64,000 nucleotides of DNA from Candidatus Gastranaerophilales bacterium (GTDB lineage Bacteria > Cyanobacteriota > Vampirovibrionia > Gastranaerophilales > Gastranaerophilaceae). A program made the translations under genes and the position numbers. Shown piece after piece: positions 8,683-17,464 of this stretch; position 1 is the stretch's first letter, and every line of letters starts with the position of its first letter. The stretch is from NCBI GenBank assembly GCA_944324825.1, contig CALUXU010000005.1, forward strand, positions 66,264 through 130,263. The letters run 5' to 3'. The notes under the pieces were generated by a model. The model was not told where the DNA came from. It was given only the letters and a program-made list of their open reading frames with translations, and did not search any database.

Positions 8683-8907
8683 TTAAAAATTCTTATTGTC
8701 AGGATAATTTATAAAATAAGCGTTTACAGTATCAGTATCTCGCCTTAAATTCTCAACTAGTGGAGTAAGATTATACAACTCTTCAATTTCTTGTTGAGTC
8801 CTACAAAAATAATCAATCACAGTAGCTGTGTTATAAATCCGCTCAGCTAATTTTTCTAACTTCTTAAAATCTTTTTGTTTAATTCGATATTTCTTATTTT
8901 TACTCAT
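8683..8907 (-). CDS. Hypothetical 74-aa protein downstream of the RT
   Basis: Start moved to the ATG at 8907, preceded by AGGAGG (TTAGGAGGTCGTATG). It is on the same strand as the RT, 92 nt downstream. Confidence 0.55.
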   Translation of the reverse strand: MSKNKKYRIKQKDFKKLEKLAERIYNTATVIDYFCRTQQEIEELYNLTPLVENLRRDTDTVNAYFINYPDNKNF

Positions 8908-8999
8908 ACGACCTCCTAACACAACACAATAGCGTGAAAGTCGTAAAACACACTGAAAATTTTACATAACAACACATAAATTTGTTAATACAATTTAAA

Positions 9000-10688
9000 T
9001 TATTTTTTACTTACAAGTTCATTGTATGTTGCTAATAATTCAGAATCTGCCTGCTTTATCAAATTATCTAGTCTTTTTTTGTGATTATGTATTTGGTGTT
9101 TAAGAACAGCGGTGTCAAAAACTTTGTCAAAAGTTCTCAAAACATATGATATGAAATTACGTTTACCTAAATATGTATATCTTTCATATAATAGTCGTCG
9201 ATATAATTTTTTATGTTTATCTTGAAGAACAATTCCTTTTTTATGCATATTCTCTAGCTTTTTTTTTGCATTTAATTTCATTGCCGAAACTGCTCTTTTA
9301 GATTTTCTTAAGTAACGAGCAAGACTAGCTTCTCTAATTCTTACTTGTTCGCCATTAAAATAAAATCCAAGATATTGAAGCGGATTAGTCATAATTTTTT
9401 TAATATTAGTAAAGTCATAACATTGACTTTTTGAGTAATCGTCCCACGCTTCAATAGGGTGTATTGACAAAGAATTGCCTCTTTCTAAAATATATTCTTG
9501 AATTTTTTCAATAACATACTTTTTTACAGTCTCATCGTGCGGACAAATAAACATTATATCATCACAATAGCGTCGATATATTCCATTAACTTCTTCTGCC
9601 AAATTTTTCATATTTATATCAAACGGTATCATGTAAATATTAGAAAGAAGTGCTGACATAGAGGTCCCTTGCGGAATTCCATATGGAAATTTATCATTTA
9701 ATCCAGGATTTTTATGAAATTTTTTATGCTCAGTATTTTTATATGTCTCTTTATACCATTCCTTAAATTTCCTAAACTGTTTAGCATTATAAAAAAGAAT
9801 TTTAGGTATTTGTTTATATATTTTTTTATTACATTTACAACAAGCATCTAAAGTACATTTGTGTTTGTTTATATAGTAACAAATTTCTTTCAAATCAATA
9901 AAACAATACTTTGTCAATGATCTATAAATATTTAAGTGGTCAGTAGGTAACTTGTCAGTATTTAGTACTTTTGTCCATTCTTGATATAATTTTTCGTGGT
10001 CTATATAATCATAAAAACTATGAATATCAAAGGCTAATGCATAACAATTATTTTTACGTTTTTTTATATGTTCAAAAATTTCCCTCGCCATCGTGCAATT
10101 ATTGGGGCTAATTTCACTATCTTTTATGTATATTTTAGGAAGTGTACGATAAGCAAGTATTTCCGGACCTAAATTGAGCTCTTTTAATTTTTGTTCATAT
10201 TTTTCATATAATAATTTTGCATAATAAGAATAAATATACCCATCAATATGAGCAGCATACCTTATCGGACGCTTTTTTATAATACCCTTTTCTTTTAAAT
10301 TCTTTAAAATTTTATTACAACTTTCGAGTTCGGGACCAGATAATTCTTTTGATTTTTTTTCATAATATTTGATTTTGTTTATTATATTTGCTCTTCGTTC
10401 TTTTATATCGAAAGCTATAAAAGGATAAAATGCGTGTGTTGCAATTTTATCTGGAGAACTTAAGTAATCTCTTAAAGATTCTATATGTTGTTTAATTTTT
10501 TTTTGAGCATCAGGAGATATCTTATAAGTTGATTTTGTTTTAGAGTTCACTTTTGTTATATAACGAACAAGAGTAAAAGGTCTATCAAAGTGAGCATAGC
10601 TTTTTTGTACAAAAGATGGAATTTTACTACATATTTGATTATTAATTGTATTTTTTAGCCTATCATATTCTTTTTGTTTCTTTTTCAT
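9000..10688 (-). CDS. Reverse transcriptase, orphan Abi/DRT-like (unclassified)
   Basis: RT motifs occur in order: KKRPIRYAAHIDGYIY, ALAFDIHSFYDYIDH (A), YGIPQGTSMSALLSNIYM (B), RYCDDIMFIC (C; YCDD at 9558-9569) and LQYLGFYF. RBS AAGAGGA lies upstream of the ATG. Confidence 0.9.
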   Translation of the reverse strand: MKKKQKEYDRLKNTINNQICSKIPSFVQKSYAHFDRPFTLVRYITKVNSKTKSTYKISPDAQKKIKQHIESLRDYLSSPDKIATHAFYPFIAFDIKERRANIINKIKYYEKKSKELSGPELESCNKILKNLKEKGIIKKRPIRYAAHIDGYIYSYYAKLLYEKYEQKLKELNLGPEILAYRTLPKIYIKDSEISPNNCTMAREIFEHIKKRKNNCYALAFDIHSFYDYIDHEKLYQEWTKVLNTDKLPTDHLNIYRSLTKYCFIDLKEICYYINKHKCTLDACCKCNKKIYKQIPKILFYNAKQFRKFKEWYKETYKNTEHKKFHKNPGLNDKFPYGIPQGTSMSALLSNIYMIPFDINMKNLAEEVNGIYRRYCDDIMFICPHDETVKKYVIEKIQEYILERGNSLSIHPIEAWDDYSKSQCYDFTNIKKIMTNPLQYLGFYFNGEQVRIREASLARYLRKSKRAVSAMKLNAKKKLENMHKKGIVLQDKHKKLYRRLLYERYTYLGKRNFISYVLRTFDKVFDTAVLKHQIHNHKKRLDNLIKQADSELLATYNELVSKK

Positions 10689-10708
10689 AAATCCTCTTAT
10701 TTAGCACG

Positions 10709-10746
10709 GAAGACACTCAGATTCGTTCATCTATGTGAGTGTCTTC
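10709..10746 (-). promoter_or_regulatory. Perfect 11-bp-stem hairpin in the RT 5' leader
   Basis: GAAGACACTCA (10709-10719) pairs with TGAGTGTCTTC (10736-10746) around a 16-nt loop. It ends 20 nt before the RT start codon and has no U tract, so it is not a terminator. Confidence 0.6.
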
Positions 10747-10845
10747 ACAAACTTAAGCCCTAAAAGAGCTAATTTCTTTGACTATTCAATTTGGTTTACC
10801 TGCTTTTAAACCTCATATCCCTGTCAGCAACGAGTTTATACACTA

Positions 10846-10854
10846 TGTTATAAT
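10846..10854 (+). promoter_or_regulatory. Extended -10 promoter element (TGTTATAAT) for the small plus-strand ORF
   Basis: TG-T-TATAAT at 10846-10854, about 16 nt upstream of AGGAGG (10870-10875). Confidence 0.55.
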
Positions 10855-10884
10855 GATAAATATAACCTTAGGAGGAATATTCTT

Positions 10885-11037
10885 ATGATGTTAATGCAAA
10901 CTCTAATTCAGAACCTGCTGGTACATCACCAGTCAATCCTTAACCTTCTTGTAAAGATAATGCTCTGCATTATACTTTACATAGTTTATTTACTCCCCAC
11001 TTGCCTAATTAGTAATACTAACCAACAAATGGCATGA
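10885..11037 (+). CDS. Unannotated 50-aa hydrophobic peptide (type I toxin-like or small membrane effector)
   Basis: My translation: MMLMQTLIQNLLVHHQSILNLLVKIMLCIILYIVYLLPTCLISNTNQQMA*. AGGAGG sits 9 nt before the ATG, downstream of the extended -10. It is below the 60-aa cutoff of the ORF track. Confidence 0.55.
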   Translation: MMLMQTLIQNLLVHHQSILNLLVKIMLCIILYIVYLLPTCLISNTNQQMA

Positions 11038-11077
11038 TAATAATACTACAAACTTAGTGAATTTAGAAAGAATTTAA

Positions 11078-12949
11078 CTATTTTTTAATATTTGAATCTG
11101 GAGTTAACCCTTTTCTTCTCATAAAGAGTATTCTATCCAACAAATCACTATCGTAAAATCTTTCTTTACTTTTACTCCACATTTTGAAATCAGCTATCAG
11201 TTCAGAATTTGAACAAGTTAAATTGTTATTCAAACGATTTTTCCAAACTGCATATAACGTTGCTATAGACTCACAAAAATCTGAATTTTTCCCCTTAAAA
11301 AGATCCATTAATTTATCTATTTTTGATAGACTTCCTGCAAACACATCATTGTACAATGTTTTGATTTCATGACAATTTTCTAAAGGAAGATATTTGGTAA
11401 TTTCAACAGAACCGTTCGTTACTTTCTGAACATCAAACCATTTTTTTATTTTTAAAATATCTTCAACCTCATATCTTGATTTTGCATCATATGGTCCTGC
11501 TGCTTCTTTTTTATATTTCCCATTTAGAGTGATACCTAGATGAGTTTCACAAAGATATAGAATTTTTTCTAATTTTACAGCGCCAAAATACTTTTCTTCA
11601 TGCATTTCATTAATAATCTTTGCACTCAAGACAGCTCTTTTATAATTTAAGTCAATAATTTCATTTGAATTCTCTTTTTGAGTAAAATAGTTTTGCAGTA
11701 TAGATTGAAATAACTCAGAAGATGATTTCTGTGCAATACTGTTCTTAATTTCTAATTCTTCACATATTTGCATTAATTTATCCACATTAGTGACAATTCT
11801 CTTTTGTTCTGCTAATGGAGGAAGAGGAAGTAAATATGCTATAATTTTTTCTCTGGAAATATTTGGTTGAGCACCCCCGTCACCTCTTTTTCTTAGGTTA
11901 TCCCTTTCAGAAAGCAAATAATAAAATAAAAATTTAGTTTCTATTTCTTGGAAAGCAATACAGGCACAGCAAGCTTGGTTTGTTGTCGCTGGAATTGTTA
12001 AAATCCCAAGTTTTCCAATAGTTGCCCCATACATAGCAATAAGCAGTGAACCTATTGGTTTTATCTTTACAGATGTTTGTTCTAGTGCTAATTCAGTTAT
12101 TTTTTCAGGTATCTCTGTAATAAAACTGTCATTTAAATCTCCTGTTTTTAGCCAAGGAATTGTTCCATTAAAATAATAGTCTGTTCTTGCTCTATTGGGT
12201 GTTGAACCAGCACCCCAATCACCTATATCGCCAAGTCTTACCCATTGCCAGCCTTGCGGAAGGTCGTATGGGATTTCGTCCTGGGTGATTGAGGGTAGAG
12301 ATTTTTCTTTTTTGATTTTGCCGTCTTTTATTAGTTGTTCTTTTTCAGCTTTTATGCGTTTTAAAAGTTCTGATGCAGGTTCATCTTGAGGATTTTGCTC
12401 GACAAGTTTTCCTTGGACTGCGTATTGCAAAATGGATGTTCTTAAATCTGTAATATAATTATTCTGTTCTTGATATTTTTGGTTTATTTTTTTTAACTCA
12501 ATTTGTGATTTTTTAATAGTATTTACCACTTTGACTTGTTGCTCAATTTTTGGAATCTCTATTGTAATTGTTTTTATAGAATTAATTGTTAGTGATACAT
12601 TAGCAGCACCTTTCATTAAAGGAACAATTTTGCTATCTTTGTAAAAAGTTAAATAATAATACAAATATTCTGCATTTAAGAGATTTTCGTCATTAGGAAT
12701 TACAGCGGCTAATATATTTCCAAGAGCGAATTTCCCCTCTTGATAATGCAAACGCTTTAAACTTGCATGTCCATGTCCTGTCGAAGATACCAAAGGTATA
12801 CATACTGCTTTAGCATCAAATTGAAACTCGTTACTAGATAATCTGTTTTCTGCAGTAACAACTAATGGATATTCTCCTGGTATAGCTTTTTTTATGCCAG
12901 TAGTCCCTTTTATAATAGTACAAATTTCGCCAAGTTTATATTGTTGCAT
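11078..12949 (-). CDS. hsdS: Type I R-M specificity subunit HsdS with an extra ~190-aa C-terminal domain
   Basis: Two target-recognition domains (YKLGEICTIIKGTTG...; WQWVRLGDIGDWGAGSTP...), central repeat LLKRIKAEKEQLIKDGKIKK and distal repeat LPPLAEQKRIVTNVDKLMQICEELE. About 190 further residues follow that normal HsdS proteins lack. Confidence 0.85.
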   Translation of the reverse strand: MQQYKLGEICTIIKGTTGIKKAIPGEYPLVVTAENRLSSNEFQFDAKAVCIPLVSSTGHGHASLKRLHYQEGKFALGNILAAVIPNDENLLNAEYLYYYLTFYKDSKIVPLMKGAANVSLTINSIKTITIEIPKIEQQVKVVNTIKKSQIELKKINQKYQEQNNYITDLRTSILQYAVQGKLVEQNPQDEPASELLKRIKAEKEQLIKDGKIKKEKSLPSITQDEIPYDLPQGWQWVRLGDIGDWGAGSTPNRARTDYYFNGTIPWLKTGDLNDSFITEIPEKITELALEQTSVKIKPIGSLLIAMYGATIGKLGILTIPATTNQACCACIAFQEIETKFLFYYLLSERDNLRKRGDGGAQPNISREKIIAYLLPLPPLAEQKRIVTNVDKLMQICEELEIKNSIAQKSSSELFQSILQNYFTQKENSNEIIDLNYKRAVLSAKIINEMHEEKYFGAVKLEKILYLCETHLGITLNGKYKKEAAGPYDAKSRYEVEDILKIKKWFDVQKVTNGSVEITKYLPLENCHEIKTLYNDVFAGSLSKIDKLMDLFKGKNSDFCESIATLYAVWKNRLNNNLTCSNSELIADFKMWSKSKERFYDSDLLDRILFMRRKGLTPDSNIKK

Positions 12950-12950
12950 A

Positions 12951-14378
12951 TTATCCTTTTAATTGTTCTTCAAGACGTGAAAGAATAGCATTAATCTGTT
13001 TATTATTATCTCTTATTCTTGCTATTAATTCTTGGGGAGTTTTCATAATTTTAGTTTCTGATTTATTTGGATTTTTAAAATCAAGATTATAATTATTATT
13101 TATAACATCTTCTATCGATACTCGCCAAGCAAGATCATTCTCAATTTTGTTTTTCCACCAACTTCTTATTGAATTAAATTCTTCATTTTTAATAGGATTT
13201 GTTTTTGAGTAACTTTTTAATCCATCAGGGAGTTTGTGTTCATAAAACCATATAAAATTTGTAGGTTCTCCTTTTTTAAAAAACAATAAATTTGTGCCTA
13301 CTGTTGCATAAGGTTTAAAAACAGAGTTTGGTAATCTTATAATAACTTCTAAATTACAAGTTTCAAGAAGTTCTTGTCTTATTCTTGTTTTTACACCTTC
13401 TCCAAAAAGAGAACCGTCTGGTAATACAATACCTGCACGTCCTTGTGGTTTTAACATTTTCATTATGTATACTAAAAATAAGTCAGCTGTTTCACGAGTT
13501 CTAAAACTTGCCGGAAAATTATTTTCAATACCATCTTCTTCAATACCTCCAAACGGAGGGTTTGTAACAATACAATCTACTCTATCAGCAGGTGAAATAT
13601 TATTAATCGGTTTTGATAGAGTATTATCACGTCTGATATTTATCGGAGTATCAATTCCGTGCAAAATCATGTTAGTTGTGCATAATTGATGAGGAAGCGG
13701 TTTCTTTTCTATTCCAAAGATGGAATTATTTAAAATTTCACCCTCTTTTGTTGTATCTGCTTGCTTTTTCAAGTGTTCAATCGCACAGGCTAAAAATCCG
13801 CCCGTACCACAAGCCGGGTCAAGAACTTTTTCTCCAAGTTGAGGATTAACCATATCAACAATAAATTGGGTTACTGCTCTTGGAGTGTAATATTCTCCTG
13901 CATTGCCTGCTGATTGAAGACTTTGCAAAAGCTGTTCATAAATATCATTAAAAAGATGTCTATCTTCGCTTGAATTAAAGTCAATTTCATTAATCTTATT
14001 TATAACCTGTCTGAGCAGTGTGCCTGATTTCATGTAGTTGTAAGTATCTTGAAAAATATTTCTTATAATCAATGCTTGTTGGTTAGAATCATTTTCCAGA
14101 TTTTGTAAATACGGAAATAAATCATTATTTATAAAGTCAATGAGTTCATCTCCTGTCATACCCTCATCATCTTGAGCCCAGTTTTGCCAGCGGTATTTTT
14201 CTTCAAGCGGAGATTTGTAATCATCTTTCATAACCTCTGCTTCATCTTCTTTATCGGCAAAGATTTTCAAAAACAGCATCCAAACGATCTGCGACAGTCT
14301 TTGTGCGTCGCCGTCAACGCCTGTATCCTTCCTCATTATGTCCTGTATAGCTTTTATTACACTTGATATATTTGGCAT
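12951..14378 (-). CDS. hsdM: Type I R-M DNA methyltransferase subunit HsdM
   Basis: AdoMet motif LDPACGTGGFL and catalytic VTNPPFGG, with an HsdM N-terminal helical domain. Its stop is 1 nt from the hsdS start. Confidence 0.92.
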   Translation of the reverse strand: MPNISSVIKAIQDIMRKDTGVDGDAQRLSQIVWMLFLKIFADKEDEAEVMKDDYKSPLEEKYRWQNWAQDDEGMTGDELIDFINNDLFPYLQNLENDSNQQALIIRNIFQDTYNYMKSGTLLRQVINKINEIDFNSSEDRHLFNDIYEQLLQSLQSAGNAGEYYTPRAVTQFIVDMVNPQLGEKVLDPACGTGGFLACAIEHLKKQADTTKEGEILNNSIFGIEKKPLPHQLCTTNMILHGIDTPINIRRDNTLSKPINNISPADRVDCIVTNPPFGGIEEDGIENNFPASFRTRETADLFLVYIMKMLKPQGRAGIVLPDGSLFGEGVKTRIRQELLETCNLEVIIRLPNSVFKPYATVGTNLLFFKKGEPTNFIWFYEHKLPDGLKSYSKTNPIKNEEFNSIRSWWKNKIENDLAWRVSIEDVINNNYNLDFKNPNKSETKIMKTPQELIARIRDNNKQINAILSRLEEQLKG

Positions 14379-14531
14379 TTAGTTATCCTCTAATTTAAAA
14401 GTTTATTGTTTATTTCTTTTAACTCTTCTATTTGTTTTAATAATAAATTTCTTGTTTTTTCTAAATCAGCTTTTCTTTCATATATTTGTTGTAATAACCC
14501 ATCGTTAGTTCCATATAAAATATTTTCTTTT

Positions 14532-14993
14532 TTATTTTTTTTCAATAAAAAATTTTATTTTTAACTCTACGTAAGTAAAGATTTTTATTCTATATTCCTG
14601 AATATTTTTATTTATTTCATTTAATATCTCATTTTGTTTTGGAGCATCAATTAACCAATTTTTCAGGCTTAATATGCAATTACCAAAACCTTCGGCTATT
14701 TCCATATCAATATAATTTGCTTGTTTCTCAATTAATTCACTATCGTTTAGATTCTCTTGATATGTTTGTGTTGTATGTTTAGAAAATACAGTTGATTCTA
14801 ATTCATAATATTGTAAATCTTGTATATATGCATTTAATGTTTCTAATAAAGTAACAAGTTTTCTTCTTTTTTGCTCATTTTTCCAAGTATTTAATGCCTT
14901 CCAAGCAGCAACAGCCATAAAACCAGTAGCCACCATCATTAAAAAAGTTGAGATTGCTGTTATAGCAGACCAAATAATATTCCATTCCATCAA
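14532..14993 (-). CDS. Hypothetical N-terminal-TM protein between hsdR and hsdM (probably frameshifted at an A8 tract)
   Basis: Start overlaps the hsdR stop (ATGA). TM helix IIWSAITAISTFLMMVATGFMAVAAW. The ORF stops right after an A8 run (plus-strand T8 at 14535-14542). The -1 frame stays open to 14390 and reads as a coiled coil. Confidence 0.55.
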   Translation of the reverse strand: MMEWNIIWSAITAISTFLMMVATGFMAVAAWKALNTWKNEQKRRKLVTLLETLNAYIQDLQYYELESTVFSKHTTQTYQENLNDSELIEKQANYIDMEIAEGFGNCILSLKNWLIDAPKQNEILNEINKNIQEYRIKIFTYVELKIKFFIEKK

Positions 14994-17386
14994 GCCACCT
15001 CATTATCATTAAAAAGCTCTTTTTCCAGTTCTTTTATAGCTTCTTCGTACTTAGCTTTTCCGCCAAATTCTTTGATTATCTCCATTGGTGTACCGATTTC
15101 ATCAAACGGTTGGAATTTTAAAATTTCTCTGTTTTCAATCTCTTCAATACCGTCATCTGCAAATTTATCAATCAATGCATTAAGAACTTTTCTTGCTTTC
15201 TCTGAATATTTGCCAAAATAGTTTCTTTTCTTAATTTTTTCTGCTCTTTCTTTGCGTGAGAGCGGAGGCATATCAAAGGTTATATGGCATATCAGGTCAA
15301 AAACACTCAGGTCTTTGCCTGTTTTTTGTTTAACTTCTTCTCTCAATTCATCGAGCATTACACCTTGTTCTATAAGTTCATCAATAATCGCAGATTTTTT
15401 ATCAGCTTCTGACCATTTTTTGATAAAGTCATCCATTGTTGCAAATTGTGCTTTAAGATTCTTTTTTGTATAATCAATCAGGCTTTCTGTTATCAATTTG
15501 CCGTCATTACCATAATATTGAACTCTTTCACCGACTTGAACAACCTCAATCCCATTTACATAAAATTTTCCGGTAGGTTTTTCTATATTCGTAATATCAA
15601 TGTCCGGAGGAATTTCTACAATCGTTTCATCAACGGAGAGGTTATCAATAATATTCTCGACCTCTTCTTTAGACTGTTCTTCTTTAGGCATTTCTTCATT
15701 TTCTTGAACTTCTTTAACCTGAACTGGCTCGCCGTCAAATTCTTTATCTTCAAATAATCTAGTAACCCCGCGGAAATCAAGAATTGTAAAGTACCATTTA
15801 TTATAATCCGGTCTTAAACGTGTTCCACGACCGATAATTTGTTTAAATTCTGTCATTGAATTGATGTTGCTATCTATTGCTATAAGTTTGCAGGTCTTAG
15901 CATCAACTCCTGTTGTCATTAGCTTTGAAGTTGTTGCAATTACAGGATATGTAATTTCCGGATCGATAAAGTTATCAAGTTCCTTTTTTCCCTCATCATT
16001 ATCGCCGGTAATTTGCATTACATATTTTGAATTTTCTGCAACCAAATCAGAGTTTTCATTTACCAATGCTTGACGCATTCTGTTAGCATGGTCAATGTCT
16101 GTACAGAAAACAATTGTTTTGTCATACCTATTATTATTTTTCAGGTATTGAGTTATTCTTTTTGCAACAAGTTCCGTACGTTCATCAACAACAATCTTTT
16201 TATCAAAATCTTTTACGTTGAATTCTTCATCTGGAACTTCATTACCATACTTATCAATCGTACCTTGTGGAAGTTTTAATCCGTCAAGGTCAATATTTAT
16301 TATTGGTCTTACAACTTTATAAGGGGCTAGAAAACCGTCTTCTATACCTTGTTTTAGAGAATACGTATAAATAGGTTCGCCAAAATATTCTATATTTGAA
16401 ACTTCTTTTGTTTCTTTTGGTGTTGCAGTCAAGCCAAGCTGTGTTGCTGATGAAAAATAGTCTAAGATTTCTCGCCAGCTTGAATCATCTTTTGCACTCC
16501 CTCTATGACATTCATCAATGACAATTAGATCAAAGAAATTTCTTGAAAACTCTTTATACGCATCTTTGTCTTCATTATTTCCAGTAATCCCCTGATATAA
16601 TGCCAGATAGATTTCATAAGATTTATCTATCTGGCGTTTTGTAATTTTTGTCATTTTATCACCGAAAGGTGCAAAATCTTGGCTTTTTGTTTGGTCAATT
16701 AAAATATTTCTATCAGCTAAAAACAAGATACGTTTTTTCTTTTTAGCCTTCCATAAACGCCAGATAATCTGAAATGCCGTATAAGTTTTACCTGTGCCTG
16801 TTGCCATTACAAGCAGAACTCTGTCCTGCCCTTTTGCTATTGCTTCAACGGCTCTGTTAATCGCAATTCTTTGATAATATCGAGGCTCTTTATTTGTTGC
16901 CAAATCCTTGTGGTAGGCTTGCGTGTATATTTTTTCAGTTTCAGTATCTTCCAGTTGTTTATATTTCTTGTATTTTTCCCATAACTCCTGTGGTGAGGGG
17001 AATTTATCCAAAGGTAATTCTATTTCTTTTTTACCTAAATCGACTGTTTTGTCATGAAAAATAAAAGCATCCCCATTAGATGAAAATACAAAAGGTATAT
17101 CCAGCATTTGAGCATATTCTAAAGCCTGCTGAATCCCCGCTCCGACACAGTGATTGTTGTCTTTTGCTTCCACAATCGCAAGAGGAATATTGTTTTTATA
17201 ATACAAGATGTAATCAGCCCGTTTACTTTTGCCACGAGAAACAAGCTTTCCTCTAACTATTACCTTGCCAGCAGTGAAAGAAACTTCTTCTCTAATCTGC
17301 GAGTCTTTGTCCCAACCTGCTTTTATTATTGCTGGTGTTATAAATTTTGTGCAAATATCACGTTCAGATAAATCTTTTTTATTCAT
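14990..17386 (-). CDS. hsdR: Type I restriction enzyme R subunit HsdR
   Basis: N-terminal nuclease region (ADYILYY...IVEAKD), helicase motif I MATGTGKT, motif II VIDECHR, and a C-terminal helical domain as in EcoEI-type R subunits. Confidence 0.92.
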   Translation of the reverse strand: MNKKDLSERDICTKFITPAIIKAGWDKDSQIREEVSFTAGKVIVRGKLVSRGKSKRADYILYYKNNIPLAIVEAKDNNHCVGAGIQQALEYAQMLDIPFVFSSNGDAFIFHDKTVDLGKKEIELPLDKFPSPQELWEKYKKYKQLEDTETEKIYTQAYHKDLATNKEPRYYQRIAINRAVEAIAKGQDRVLLVMATGTGKTYTAFQIIWRLWKAKKKKRILFLADRNILIDQTKSQDFAPFGDKMTKITKRQIDKSYEIYLALYQGITGNNEDKDAYKEFSRNFFDLIVIDECHRGSAKDDSSWREILDYFSSATQLGLTATPKETKEVSNIEYFGEPIYTYSLKQGIEDGFLAPYKVVRPIINIDLDGLKLPQGTIDKYGNEVPDEEFNVKDFDKKIVVDERTELVAKRITQYLKNNNRYDKTIVFCTDIDHANRMRQALVNENSDLVAENSKYVMQITGDNDEGKKELDNFIDPEITYPVIATTSKLMTTGVDAKTCKLIAIDSNINSMTEFKQIIGRGTRLRPDYNKWYFTILDFRGVTRLFEDKEFDGEPVQVKEVQENEEMPKEEQSKEEVENIIDNLSVDETIVEIPPDIDITNIEKPTGKFYVNGIEVVQVGERVQYYGNDGKLITESLIDYTKKNLKAQFATMDDFIKKWSEADKKSAIIDELIEQGVMLDELREEVKQKTGKDLSVFDLICHITFDMPPLSRKERAEKIKKRNYFGKYSEKARKVLNALIDKFADDGIEEIENREILKFQPFDEIGTPMEIIKEFGGKAKYEEAIKELEKELFNDNEVA

Positions 17387-17464
17387 TAAGACCTCGCAGC
17401 TTTTGTTACAATTGTATCATGAACATAGCAAACATTAATAAAGATAATTAGTTATTTGAGCTAA

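Noticed and set aside
9000-10688. RT as a group II intron or retron RT
   Set aside because: No domain V/VI-like RNA, maturase X or En domain is present, and there are no flanking exon halves. It is too long for a retron RT, and no a1/a2 inverted repeats flanking an msr-msd-like region are visible upstream.
15252-17438. Several 60-100-aa plus-strand ORFs inside hsdR
   Set aside because: They are antisense to a well-supported long gene and have low-complexity Phe/Ile/Asn-rich translations typical of AT-rich antisense frames.
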